Source: Candidatus Poribacteria bacterium
Lineage (GTDB): Bacteria; Poribacteria; WGA-4E; JAJDTR01
Direction of reading: 5' to 3'
DNA: 64,000 bases
Assembly: GCA_965232535.1 (NCBI GenBank)
Contig: CBDDPW010000020.1
Coordinates: 213,702 to 277,701, forward strand
The position numbers and the translations under genes are program-made. Below, piece by piece: positions 1 to 8,827 of this stretch (position 1 is the stretch's first letter; each line of letters begins with the position of its first letter). The notes below the pieces were generated by a model. The model was not told the origin of the DNA. It did not search any database and saw only the letters and a list, made by a program, of their open reading frames with translations.

Positions 1-2
1 TA

Positions 3-848
3 ACGCCGTTCAAGGACGACGAATCGCTCGACGAAAGCAAGCTCAAAGAACTCTTGGAGTTCCAGATCGAAGGCGGCACAGACGGGATTGTTCCTTGCGG
101 CACCACCGGCGAATCCCCCGCGCTTTCGGATGAGGAACACAATCGCGTCGTCGACTTGACCGTCCAAACTGTGGATGGTCGTGCCCCGGTGGTTGCAGGC
201 ACGGGTTCAAATTCGACAACGCACACATTGCACGCAACGGAACATGCGAAAGCCGCCGGGGCGGACGGAGTGCTCATTGTCACGCCGTATTACAATAAGC
301 CGACGCAGAACGGTCTGTATGCGCACTACATGAAGATCGCCGACAGCGTCGACATCCCGATTATCATCTACAACGTTCCCGGTCGATGCGGCACGGACAT
401 CCTGTCGGACACGGTTGCCCGGCTTGCCGAACACCCGAACATTGTTGGGCTTAAAGAAGCCACGGGACAGCTTAATCGCGCCAGCGAAGTGGTATCCATG
501 TGTCCCGACGATTTCGTCGTGCTTTCGGGTGACGATGTAAATACGTTGCCAATCCTCTCCGTTGGTGGAAAAGGGGTTATTTCTGTCGTGGCAAATGTGG
601 CTCCCGCGCCCATCGCCGAGATGTGCAGCGCCTTCAAAGCGGGTAACGTGGACGTCGCTCGAAAACTGCACTATGAGACCATGCCGTTGGCGGTTGACCT
701 CTTTATCGAGACAAACCCCATCCCCGCGAAAACCGCTCTGATGTTAATGGGCAAACTCAACGGGAAGCTGCGTCTCCCTCTCGCGCCGATGACGCCCGCG
801 AATTTGGAGCAACTGCGCCGCACCATGGAACACACGAATCTGATATAG
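3..848 (+). CDS. dapA: 4-hydroxy-tetrahydrodipicolinate synthase, 5' end cut by window edge
   Basis: The frame is open from base 3 (TPFKDDESLDESKLKELLEFQIEGG precedes the first listed Met). Motifs GTTGESPALS, GTGSNST, TPYYNKP and IIYNVPGR are conserved DapA/NAL-family signatures. Confidence 0.92.
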   Translation, partial: TPFKDDESLDESKLKELLEFQIEGGTDGIVPCGTTGESPALSDEEHNRVVDLTVQTVDGRAPVVAGTGSNSTTHTLHATEHAKAAGADGVLIVTPYYNKPTQNGLYAHYMKIADSVDIPIIIYNVPGRCGTDILSDTVARLAEHPNIVGLKEATGQLNRASEVVSMCPDDFVVLSGDDVNTLPILSVGGKGVISVVANVAPAPIAEMCSAFKAGNVDVARKLHYETMPLAVDLFIETNPIPAKTALMLMGKLNGKLRLPLAPMTPANLEQLRRTMEHTNLI

Positions 849-907
849 GAGTTTGAACGTTGTCACGGCATTCCACTTAACGGAGCACAAGTCCCGGTTG
901 GCAGCTA

Positions 908-2518
908 ATGAAGTTCCAACGCAAGCTACTATTGACCTTTACGGGGATGGCGCTTTTTCCGACAACCATCCTTGTTTTGGTCGCCTATCGTCTGATCAGC
1001 CAAAGCATTGAACACTGGGCGGACTACAAGATTGCGGCAACGTTGGAAGATGCGAAGAAGCTTGCTTATCAACTTGAACTGTATGAAAACCAGCCACTGA
1101 CGTTTACGGCTGAAGAGTTGGCACTTGATGAAAACCTCGTTGCTGTTCTGGAAACGCCAGCCGATTCCAGTCTCATCGATCAGCGAATGTCCGAACTCGC
1201 TGATGCGTATCAGGAATATATCCTCACCCTGTACGACCCATCGGGACAGGCGATTTATCGCACACATCCCGACATTCCACCAACGAACCTCACCGATTTT
1301 CTTTACCCTTTAGATGAGTTGCCCGAGGATCCGACCACGTCCGAGGAATTGAAGGGCGAAGGGGTTTTAATTTCCGGGATGCCCATCTTTTCAGAAGACG
1401 GGACCTCTCGACTCGGAGCAATTGTCGTTGGCAAGCTGATTCCGTTAACCACAGCTCAGGCGCGTGACCAGTTGGCGACAATCCAGGGTCGGGTTGACGC
1501 GCTGACAACAAATATCGGTGCGTTAGCTACGGGTATCGACGAAGATCAACTTGAATACCGGCGAACGGAAATACGATCAACTTTTATCGCGCTGTTAATC
1601 ACCGCCGCCGTGGTGATTGCGCTCTCGTTTTGGTTGAGCCGCATCCTCGCCAAAGGGATTAACACGCCGATCCAGTCGATCGTAAGAGGTACGGAGGAGA
1701 TAGTCGATGGAAACTTGGATTACGAGGTCAATGTTCGAAGTAAGGATGAGTTCGCGGTGTTGGCGCGCGCTTTCAATCAGATGGTCGGCGACCTGCGGCG
1801 GCGCACGGAGGAGTTGAAACGCGCGGAAAAAATCGCGGCGTGGCAGGAGATCGCGCAAAAACTGGCGCATGAGATTAAGAATCCGTTGACGCCGATTCAG
1901 CTTTCCGCTCAGCGACTTCATCGCCGCTACCATAACAACCCGGGCGAATATGCTGATGTGCTCGAACAGTGCACGCAAACAATCGTTACGGCGGTTGAAG
2001 GGCTGCGTCACCTGCTTGACGAGTTTTCGCAACTCGCCCGATTGCCGGCGCCGGAGTTATCGTCTCTCAAGCTGGATGAGATTATTGAAGCCACGATAGA
2101 TATATTCGGCGAGTTTCCGGATCATATTGATGTCCAAGTGGATGCCCCGTCTGATTTACCGACCATTGTAGGAGATGCCGAGCATCTGAAACGCGCCTTC
2201 CTTAATCTAATCAAAAACGGGTTTGAGGCGATGGATGACATGGAGAAAGGAACGTTGACAGTTCAGGCATTCCCGTCCTCTGATAAATCGAAGGTGTACG
2301 TTCACTTCACTGACACGGGAAGGGGAATTCCGCCCGACGTGCGAGAGAAGATATTCACGCCTCATGTTTCGACAAAAAAGGATGGCATGGGACTCGGATT
2401 GGCAATCGTCAAGAAGATTATGACGGATCTCGGGGGTGACATTCAGCTTGAAGACGCCCGATCCGGACAGTCAGGGACGACGTTTGTGTTGTGGTTGAGG
2501 ACGACCGCGATTGGTTAA
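908..2518 (+). CDS. membrane sensor histidine kinase (HAMP + HisKA + HATPase), NtrY-like
   Basis: N-terminal TM and a second TM around aa 220-245 bracket a periplasmic domain. H-box HEIKNPLTPIQLSAQRL, N-box NLIKNGFEAM, G-boxes DTGRGIP and GMGLGLAIVKKI. Confidence 0.9.
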   Translation: MKFQRKLLLTFTGMALFPTTILVLVAYRLISQSIEHWADYKIAATLEDAKKLAYQLELYENQPLTFTAEELALDENLVAVLETPADSSLIDQRMSELADAYQEYILTLYDPSGQAIYRTHPDIPPTNLTDFLYPLDELPEDPTTSEELKGEGVLISGMPIFSEDGTSRLGAIVVGKLIPLTTAQARDQLATIQGRVDALTTNIGALATGIDEDQLEYRRTEIRSTFIALLITAAVVIALSFWLSRILAKGINTPIQSIVRGTEEIVDGNLDYEVNVRSKDEFAVLARAFNQMVGDLRRRTEELKRAEKIAAWQEIAQKLAHEIKNPLTPIQLSAQRLHRRYHNNPGEYADVLEQCTQTIVTAVEGLRHLLDEFSQLARLPAPELSSLKLDEIIEATIDIFGEFPDHIDVQVDAPSDLPTIVGDAEHLKRAFLNLIKNGFEAMDDMEKGTLTVQAFPSSDKSKVYVHFTDTGRGIPPDVREKIFTPHVSTKKDGMGLGLAIVKKIMTDLGGDIQLEDARSGQSGTTFVLWLRTTAIG

Positions 2519-2540
2519 AATGACATTACGGAGGAAGTAG

Positions 2541-3626
2541 ATGGTTGATGAAGTACGACGGGAGATAGAAAGAATACGAGGATATATATCAACTGGGCGC
2601 CTAGCCTTGTGTGATGAAACTAACACGAAAGCAACTGCTATTGAACCAGTATTGCGTGAACTGGGTTGGAACGTGGCGGACCTTGATGTGGTGAAGCGTG
2701 AATATCCTGTACGCGCCAGACCGAATGTTCGCCCGGTAGACTATCTGTTATTTTGCGACGGCACGCCAAAGGTCATCGTCGAGGCGAAAAGAGGCAATCA
2801 GTCGTTGGAACGACATCAGGAGCAACTTCAAGATTATGTGGGTTTCGCTCTTGCAAAAAGAGTTGAGATCGCAATACTTACCAACGGGGCAGCGTGGTGG
2901 TTTTACCTGCCATTTCGAGAAGTAAGTTGGGAGCGGAGAAAAGTCGCGACCGTGGAACTTGATCGACAAGACAGTACAGAGACTGCGCAAAAATTGGTCG
3001 GCGTTCTTAGTAAAGAAAATGTCTGCTCTAGGAGAGCCATCCGAAACGCCGAGAAGCATCAAGTTTTGGAAGCCTTGCCAGATGTGTGGAATCGGCTGGT
3101 GAGTGAGCCTGATAGTTCAATTGTAAATTTGCTTGCAGAACAAACACATAAATTGTGTGTGCGTGAGCCGGATAGGGACGAGGTTACACAATTCCTCTCC
3201 ACACACTTCCAACAGATACGGATAACGCCACATCCAGCCATTCCCGAACCCAGTGTCCCTTCAGAGCCTGAAGTAACTCCAGAACCAGCGCCTTCAGATT
3301 CTACGAGAGAAATAATCATAGCATTTACTTTTAACGGAAGCAGATATGAGGTCACGTCGTGGAAGGGAATGTTAATCAGGCTATGTGAGATAGTTTATTC
3401 CGCTCACATGAACCGTTTTGAGGATGTGCTGAACCTCCGAGGAAAATCCAGACCTCCCTTTTCAAGAGATGACAACGACTTGGTTTACCCAGCGCAGATA
3501 AACGGCACAAATATCTTTGTTGAAACTCATGGAACCGCAAATATGGTTGTGACGCGCGCGAAAATGTTGATTGTCAAATTTGGATATATCGAGAGTGACC
3601 TATCATTTGAGACTCGGACGTTATGA
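2541..3626 (+). CDS. HsdR-N / PD-(D/E)xK nuclease-fold protein with unassigned C-terminal domain
   Basis: RBS GGAGGAAG lies just upstream of the ATG. The N-terminal half carries VDYLLF...KVIVEAKRG (D-x13-E-x-K) as in type I restriction HsdR N-terminal/Mrr-like domains. A Pro/Glu-rich linker (PHPAIPEPSVPSEPEVTPEPAPS) follows, then a ~95-aa C-terminal domain I cannot assign. Confidence 0.75.
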   Translation: MVDEVRREIERIRGYISTGRLALCDETNTKATAIEPVLRELGWNVADLDVVKREYPVRARPNVRPVDYLLFCDGTPKVIVEAKRGNQSLERHQEQLQDYVGFALAKRVEIAILTNGAAWWFYLPFREVSWERRKVATVELDRQDSTETAQKLVGVLSKENVCSRRAIRNAEKHQVLEALPDVWNRLVSEPDSSIVNLLAEQTHKLCVREPDRDEVTQFLSTHFQQIRITPHPAIPEPSVPSEPEVTPEPAPSDSTREIIIAFTFNGSRYEVTSWKGMLIRLCEIVYSAHMNRFEDVLNLRGKSRPPFSRDDNDLVYPAQINGTNIFVETHGTANMVVTRAKMLIVKFGYIESDLSFETRTL

Positions 3627-3710
3627 AACCACCACGCAAACCCAACATTTTAATCATTGATGAGGAAACCGGCATTTTCTAAATCTTTGCAAGATATCTT
3701 GGAGGACAAG
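3623..3710 (+). pseudogene. decayed 5' fragment of a receiver-domain response regulator gene
   Basis: ATG overlaps the TGA of the preceding gene (ATGA at 3623-3626). It translates MKPPRKPNILIIDEETGIF then stops. Nucleotides 3638-3710 align by hand to 4932-5003 of the intact regulator (58 of 73 columns identical, one 1-nt gap that breaks the frame). Confidence 0.7.
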
Positions 3711-3711
3711 C

Positions 3712-4173
3712 TTGACACGGTATATTCCACTATCGGCTGGCACGGTTAGTATCAACTCACTCATCATTGGACCAATTTTGCGGCAATTGGGTTGGAATAC
3801 GAGTAATCCTGATGAAGTGCGACCAAGATATTCTGTAAAACACAGGAGGGTGGACTACGCTTTATTAATCAACAATACAGCCAAGGTATTCATTGAAGTG
3901 ATAAGAGGTGGTAGAGCGTTGCAAAGACGTCAAAAGCAACTTCTGCGTGACGTTTTTCACCATGGCGTTGAAATCACAGTACTCACCAACCTCAAAACGT
4001 GGTGGATTTACCTGCCCATCCGAACAGTAAGCGGGGATCGGAGGAAAGTCGTAACTGTGAAACTTGATCAACACGATAATACTGAGGCTGCCCATACGCT
4101 GACAGATCTTCTTAGCAAAGAAAATGTCAAATCTGGGAGGGCCATCCAAAACGTCGCTTGGCGAGGGAACTAG
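3712..4173 (+). pseudogene. truncated, catalytically degenerate paralog of the 2541-3626 nuclease-fold gene
   Basis: TTG start. It aligns along its whole length with the N-terminal half of the 2541-3626 product (LRQLGWN, VDYALL, TVLTN..WWIYLP, RRKVVTVKLD, LLSKENV). The E-x-K triad is EVI instead of EAK. Similarity stops near 4157, about 25 nt before a repeat element begins. Confidence 0.6.
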
Positions 4174-4180
4174 CATTAGA

Positions 4181-4374
4181 CTCTCAAGTAACACTCGACA
4201 TTGCACTCCGCTGGAGTGCAGACGCGGTGAGGAATCGTGTTCTATTGACATCTCACTCCGCCGGAGTGGAAGCATTCTACGAAGGAACGCTTTTTCAAAA
4301 CCTGTCATAGAGCGAAAAAGGAGTGTTGCTTGCTGAAAGAATTATTCCGACAGGGATAGTGGCACGCTCTCAAC
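4181..4374. repeat. ~190-nt structured intergenic repeat (double-hairpin element), copy 1
   Basis: Collinear with 14637-14832. Starts CTCTCAAGTAACACTC, with hairpin GCACTCC-gct-GGAGTGC (4203-4219) and hairpin CACTCC-gcc-GGAGTG (4254-4268). Ends ...GTGTTGCTTGCTGAAAGAATTATTCCGACAGGGATAGTGGCACGCTCTCAAC. Confidence 0.8.
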
Positions 4375-4412
4375 GTGTATACACGCATTAATCACGGATG
4401 GAGGAAAACAAA

Positions 4413-4622
4413 ATGCAAGAATGGATTGTCACTCTTGAAAAGGATGAAGATGGCTGGTACGTCATAGAATGCCCGGCAATTCCGGGTTGTGTCTCTCAGG
4501 GACGAACTGAGGAAGAAGCGTTGGAAAACATCAGGGATGCTATCACCGAATGTTTAGCCGTTCGTGCGGAGGAGGGGCTTCCGTTAAGTGTTGAAATTCC
4601 TACTGATTCTGCTGTTCGATGA
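4413..4622 (+). CDS. hicB: HicB-like (UPF0150) antitoxin-fold protein, no adjacent HicA
   Basis: MQEWIVTLEKDEDGWYVIECPAIPGCVSQGRTEEEALENIRDAITECL is the typical HicB N-terminal domain. GGAGG lies 8 nt upstream of the ATG at 4413; an in-frame ATG at 4398 is less likely. Confidence 0.75.
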   Translation: MQEWIVTLEKDEDGWYVIECPAIPGCVSQGRTEEEALENIRDAITECLAVRAEEGLPLSVEIPTDSAVR

Positions 4623-4762
4623 ATCACGGGACGGTAAGGTGGGGTGTGTTTACATTTGACATATTGAATCCATCTCTGTTCTTAGAGTTTTCGTCCTGAT
4701 GCACGTCGAGACAATTTGGTATAATCGCAAATGACCAGCATGTTTCGTTACCTCATATCGTC

Positions 4763-4829
4763 GGGCGAGGGCCGGTGCGGTTGGAAACCGCACCTACCGT
4801 GTGGGGTGCGACAGAGAACCTCGCCCTAC
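4763..4829 (-). repeat. nested REP-like hairpins with CCTAC tails (GTAGG heads on minus strand)
   Basis: GGTGCGGTT-ggaa-AACCGCACC+TAC at 4774-4797 sits inside an outer pair GGGCGAGG (4763-4770) / CCTCGCCC+TAC (4819-4829). Confidence 0.7.
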
Positions 4830-4898
4830 GATACGTGTTTTTCAGCAAATAACAGACGCGCCTCAGAAAAAGTCAACAGAACCTAGATACCTACCCTA

Positions 4899-6281
4899 AT
4901 GAATTCGAATAACAGTATGAGTGCCAAATTCAAACCAAGCATTTTAATCATTGACGACGAGATCAGCATCTGCGAATCCTTGCAAGGCATCTTGGAGGAC
5001 GAGGGATACACTGTCCAAACCGCTCTGAGCGGTGAGGAGGGGATTCGCACCCTTGCGGGTGAACACATCGATCTCGTCTTCTTGGACATTCTCATGCCTG
5101 GCGGGATGGATGGGATCGCGACGTTAAAGCAGATAAAACAGATGTCACCCGACACGGAAGTTCTCATGATTTCGGGTCACGGAACGTTTGACCTTGCCCT
5201 CGAAGCCGGACAACTGGGCGCCTCCGACTTCTTGGGGAAACCGCTCTCGCTCGACAGCATTTTGGCTAAGGTCGAAAGGATGAGCGCGAAAATTGCCATC
5301 AGGCATTCCGACGGAGATGACGAGGCGGGGGCGTACGCACACGGTATTGTTGGAGACAGTCCGCAAATACAGGAGATTCTGTTGAAGATTCGGCAGGTGG
5401 CGCCGACAAACGGACGGGTGCTCATCACCGGCGAGAGCGGCACGGGCAAAGAGCTCATCGCCCACGCCATTCACGCCATCAGCGATCGGGTTGGTGCGCC
5501 GCTCGTCAAAGTCAATTGTGTGGCAATCCCTCAAGAATTGATTGAATCGGAGCTATTCGGGCATGAAGCAGGCTCGTTTACAGGGGCGTCGAAGAAACGA
5601 GTCGGGAAGTTTGAGCAAGCGGATGGCGGGACTATATTCTTGGACGAGATTGGAGACATGAGCTTGTCGACTCAAGCAAAGGTACTACGTATTCTGGAGG
5701 AACAGGAATATGAGCGGGTCGGCGGCAACCAGACGCTTACGACAGATGTCCGTGTTATCTCGGCGACGAACAAGCATCTCCCGGACGAAATTGAATCGGG
5801 AAATTTTCGAGAGGATCTTTACTACCGATTGAACGTCGTCCCGGTTCATGTCCCGCCGCTGCGAGAGCGGGTTGAAGATCTCCCGCTGCTTGTGAATTAT
5901 TTCTTGCCGCGGTTTTGCCGGGAAAACGGGAAACAGGCCATGTCCCTAAGCGATGCCGCCTTGAACAATCTGCGCAGACGCGACTGGCTGGGCAATGTAC
6001 GTGAATTGCGCAACCTCATGGAGAGGGTGGTCATCCTGTGTCCGAGTCAGACGATAGACGAAAGCGATTTATCATCGGAGGAAGTACGCCGAGATAGCAC
6101 TGGCGGGGACAGTTCGGAGGCATCGCTCAAGGATGCGCGGCAAGAATTTGAGAGCCGATTTATCCTCAATTGTCTCAAGGGAAACAGCTGGAACATCACC
6201 GAAACGGCAAAACAACTCGGCATCGAGCGGACACATCTGCATCGCAAAATGCGTCAGTATGAGATTGAGCGTGGACCGTAG
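4899..6281 (+). CDS. sigma54-dependent response regulator (receiver + AAA+ + Fis-type HTH), NtrC/NtrX family
   Basis: Receiver domain ILIIDDE...[14 protein letters not shown], Walker A GESGTGKE, sigma54-contact loop [15 protein letters not shown], and C-terminal [23 protein letters not shown]. Confidence 0.92.
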   Translation: MNSNNSMSAKFKPSILIIDDEISICESLQGILEDEGYTVQTALSGEEGIRTLAGEHIDLVFLDILMPGGMDGIATLKQIKQMSPDTEVLMISGHGTFDLALEAGQLGASDFLGKPLSLDSILAKVERMSAKIAIRHSDGDDEAGAYAHGIVGDSPQIQEILLKIRQVAPTNGRVLITGESGTGKELIAHAIHAISDRVGAPLVKVNCVAIPQELIESELFGHEAGSFTGASKKRVGKFEQADGGTIFLDEIGDMSLSTQAKVLRILEEQEYERVGGNQTLTTDVRVISATNKHLPDEIESGNFREDLYYRLNVVPVHVPPLRERVEDLPLLVNYFLPRFCRENGKQAMSLSDAALNNLRRRDWLGNVRELRNLMERVVILCPSQTIDESDLSSEEVRRDSTGGDSSEASLKDARQEFESRFILNCLKGNSWNITETAKQLGIERTHLHRKMRQYEIERGP

Positions 6282-6288
6282 CCAGCCT

Positions 6289-6762
6289 CTAGTTTTCTGA
6301 TTCAGTGCGGCGGCGTTGGAGGGATTTGGGAGGTCCAAGAATTTCGCGCAGTATGATTCCTTGACGGAATGTCTGAGATGTTAGAGAGATGCCCGCAATT
6401 GTATGAGGCGCCGTTTGGGAGGGCGTGATTTTTTTTCGTTCCACTGCCTGATTTAAGGAGGTGCGCTCAATTGGTTTCTCCGCTGTGGTATCACGCTGAG
6501 GTGGAGTCTCTTCCGCTACTCTTAATGGTCGAGCGGGTTCCGGTGACGGCGGCGGTTCCTCTAGTTGCAGAAAGTCCGGTAACGGCTCAGTGACATCCCC
6601 AGCCGTCGTTTCGATATTGCCCCAAGGGGGCAGTTTGACTTCCTGTTCGTCCTCTAACACCACATCGGGTTCCGATTCGCGCGGCTTCTTGCGGCGAAAG
6701 GCGCGCCCCAGCAACGTAAGCGCTATGATGATGAATGGAATTAGTTGAATTAGCTCGTCCAC
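6289..6762 (-). CDS. hypothetical Pro-rich single-pass membrane protein (last gene of the FloA operon?)
   Basis: GTG start and N-terminal TM (LIQLIPFIIIALTLLGRAF), followed by low-complexity P/E-rich sequence. There is only positional support. Confidence 0.35.
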   Translation of the reverse strand: MDELIQLIPFIIIALTLLGRAFRRKKPRESEPDVVLEDEQEVKLPPWGNIETTAGDVTEPLPDFLQLEEPPPSPEPARPLRVAEETPPQRDTTAEKPIERTSLNQAVERKKITPSQTAPHTIAGISLTSQTFRQGIILREILGPPKSLQRRRTESEN

Positions 6763-6850
6763 GGTTGGTTACCTTACCTGTGACGTTTTTCCGGGCGGTT
6801 GAGCAGGTTCAATTGAAGATAAACTGAACCCACCGTCCCGCTTCGGTTAC

Positions 6851-7882
6851 CTACGTAAGCCCGATCGAATGTGCTGATCGAGTCGTATCGGTTTCACGCT
6901 CGCCGCCAGGAGAGGCAATGGCTTGGCGCATCTCCGTATCGGCGAGGATATTCCTGAGGTTATAGTAGTCCATAACGCTCATTCGACTGGAATCAAATGA
7001 ATCGGCGATAGCGCGAGGAACTTCGGCTTCTGCTTCAACAAGAGTAACGGTCATCTGTTCAACAAGCGCTTTGTTTTCCTCCTCCTCCGCTTGCGCTCGG
7101 GCGCGCCTCTCCTCCGCTTTTGCCTGCGCGATCTTCAATTCTGCTTGCGCCTGATCGGTCTGCAGCTTGGCGCCCACGTTCTCGCCGACGTTGATGTCGG
7201 CGATATCGATTGACAAAATCTCGAACGCGGTGCCGGCGGATAACCCTTTTTCAAGCACGGTTTCCGAAATACGCACCGGACTTTCCAAAACCTCCTTGTG
7301 GCTTGCCGCAGAGCCGATCGTCGTGATAATCCCTTCGCCTACCCTGGCTCTTATGGTTTCTTCGGTAGCCCCGCCGACCAGCCGATCGATGTCCGCCCTC
7401 ACCGTCACCCGTGCCTTGACGATAAGCTGAATGCCATCACGCGCAACGGCGGTAATTCCGGATTGGGTGTCTCCCTTGGCGGGAATGTCGATGATTTCCG
7501 GCGTGACGCTGACCTGTACGGCTTGCAACACATCGCGCCCGGCAAGGTCAATCGCGGCGGCTTGCGCAAAATCCAAAGATATGTTTGCTTTATCAGCGGC
7601 GATGAGCGCGGCGACGACGCTGGCAACTCTTCCACCCGCGAGATAGTGCGCCTCAAGTTCGTCAAGCGAAAGGTTGAGACCCGCCTTGGTCGCGTTGATT
7701 TGCGGGTCTATGATGCCTTTGGGAGGCACACGCCGCAAACGCATGGCGACCAGATCGCCGAAGATTCGCACACGGACATTCGCCGCAATCGCGGTGATCC
7801 ACAATCCGATCGGGACGAACGTCGTGAGGAATATTAGGAATACAATAACAAGAACCGCAAGAATGGCAACAACTGACGGCAT
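6851..7882 (-). CDS. floA: flotillin-like protein FloA (SPFH, UPF0365/YqfA family), copy 1
   Basis: Near-collinear with the Bacillus FloA pattern: N-terminal [76 protein letters not shown], and C-terminal [15 protein letters not shown]. Confidence 0.9.
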   Translation of the reverse strand: MPSVVAILAVLVIVFLIFLTTFVPIGLWITAIAANVRVRIFGDLVAMRLRRVPPKGIIDPQINATKAGLNLSLDELEAHYLAGGRVASVVAALIAADKANISLDFAQAAAIDLAGRDVLQAVQVSVTPEIIDIPAKGDTQSGITAVARDGIQLIVKARVTVRADIDRLVGGATEETIRARVGEGIITTIGSAASHKEVLESPVRISETVLEKGLSAGTAFEILSIDIADINVGENVGAKLQTDQAQAELKIAQAKAEERRARAQAEEEENKALVEQMTVTLVEAEAEVPRAIADSFDSSRMSVMDYYNLRNILADTEMRQAIASPGGERETDTTRSAHSIGLT

Positions 7883-7896
7883 TTGAAACCCTCCTT

Positions 7897-8802
7897 TTAT
7901 GATGGCAGTGTTAAGTTGCCTTCTCGGAACGCACCGGCAACAGCGCGGGGAACGGACGCCTCGGCTTCAACGACGGTGGCTCGCATCTTTTGGACATTGG
8001 CTGTCATCTCTTGCTTACGCGCGACTGCCATCGCTCGCCTTTCCTCCGCCTTTGCCTGAGCAACGACCAGATCAGCTTCAGCTTGCTCGGCTTGGAGTTC
8101 AGCTCCGATGTTCTTCCCGACATTGACATCGGCAATATCAATGGAGAGAATTTCATAGGCGGTGCCAGCATCTAGCCCGCGATCCAACACGGTTTTAGAC
8201 ATAACGTCGGGATTTTCAAGGACGTCTTCATAAGTCTCCGCGGCGCCAATTGCACTGATGATTCCCTCTCCGACCCGTGCGATGATTGTCTCTTCGCCCG
8301 CACCACCGACAAGTCTGTTGATGTTTGTCCTGACCGTGATTCGCACGACGGCAATCAACTCGACACCGTCGAGCGCGACCGTGCTAATGCGGGGGGTGGT
8401 GATGACGCGAGGGTTGACGCTAACCTGTACGGCTTCAAATACATCGCGTCCCGCCAAATCGATGGCGGCGGCACGCTGAAAGTTAAGGTCGATTTTGGCT
8501 TTGTCCGCGGCAATCAATGCGTTCACGACTCTCAACACGTTTCCGCCCGCAAGATAGTGGGCTTCGAGATCTGTGGTTTTGACTGTCAGACCTGCCTTCG
8601 TCGAGCTAACCTGCGCGTTAACAATTACATTTGGGTTCACCCGCCGCAAACGCATCCCGACCAAATCGCCGATAATGCGAATCCGCACGCCGGCCGCTTG
8701 AGCGGCAATCCACAGACCGACGGGCACGAACCAAAAGAATACTAGCAGAAAAATCAGTATCAATACGGCGATAATCGCTGTAAAACCTGTTATATCAGGC
8801 AT
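7897..8802 (-). CDS. floA: flotillin-like protein FloA, copy 2 (shorter C-terminus)
   Basis: Same motif series as copy 1 ([80 protein letters not shown]). It lacks the MDYYN...ADTEMR tail. Confidence 0.9.
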   Translation of the reverse strand: MPDITGFTAIIAVLILIFLLVFFWFVPVGLWIAAQAAGVRIRIIGDLVGMRLRRVNPNVIVNAQVSSTKAGLTVKTTDLEAHYLAGGNVLRVVNALIAADKAKIDLNFQRAAAIDLAGRDVFEAVQVSVNPRVITTPRISTVALDGVELIAVVRITVRTNINRLVGGAGEETIIARVGEGIISAIGAAETYEDVLENPDVMSKTVLDRGLDAGTAYEILSIDIADVNVGKNIGAELQAEQAEADLVVAQAKAEERRAMAVARKQEMTANVQKMRATVVEAEASVPRAVAGAFREGNLTLPS

Positions 8803-8827
8803 CTAGGTCTCCTTCCTGTTTAAACTT

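Noticed and set aside
4124-4336. The listed 70-aa ORF, and the similar 14200-14505 minus-strand ORF, lie over the repeat elements.
   Set aside because: They lie entirely within or across the double-hairpin repeat and terminator sequences. They have no RBS, and their sequence is dictated by the repeat.
4360-4365. TGGCAC motifs here and at 31819-31824 were examined as possible sigma54 -24 elements for the NtrC-type regulator.
   Set aside because: Neither has the TTGC(A/T) -12 element at the required 5-nt spacing. No convincing sigma54 promoter was found in the window.
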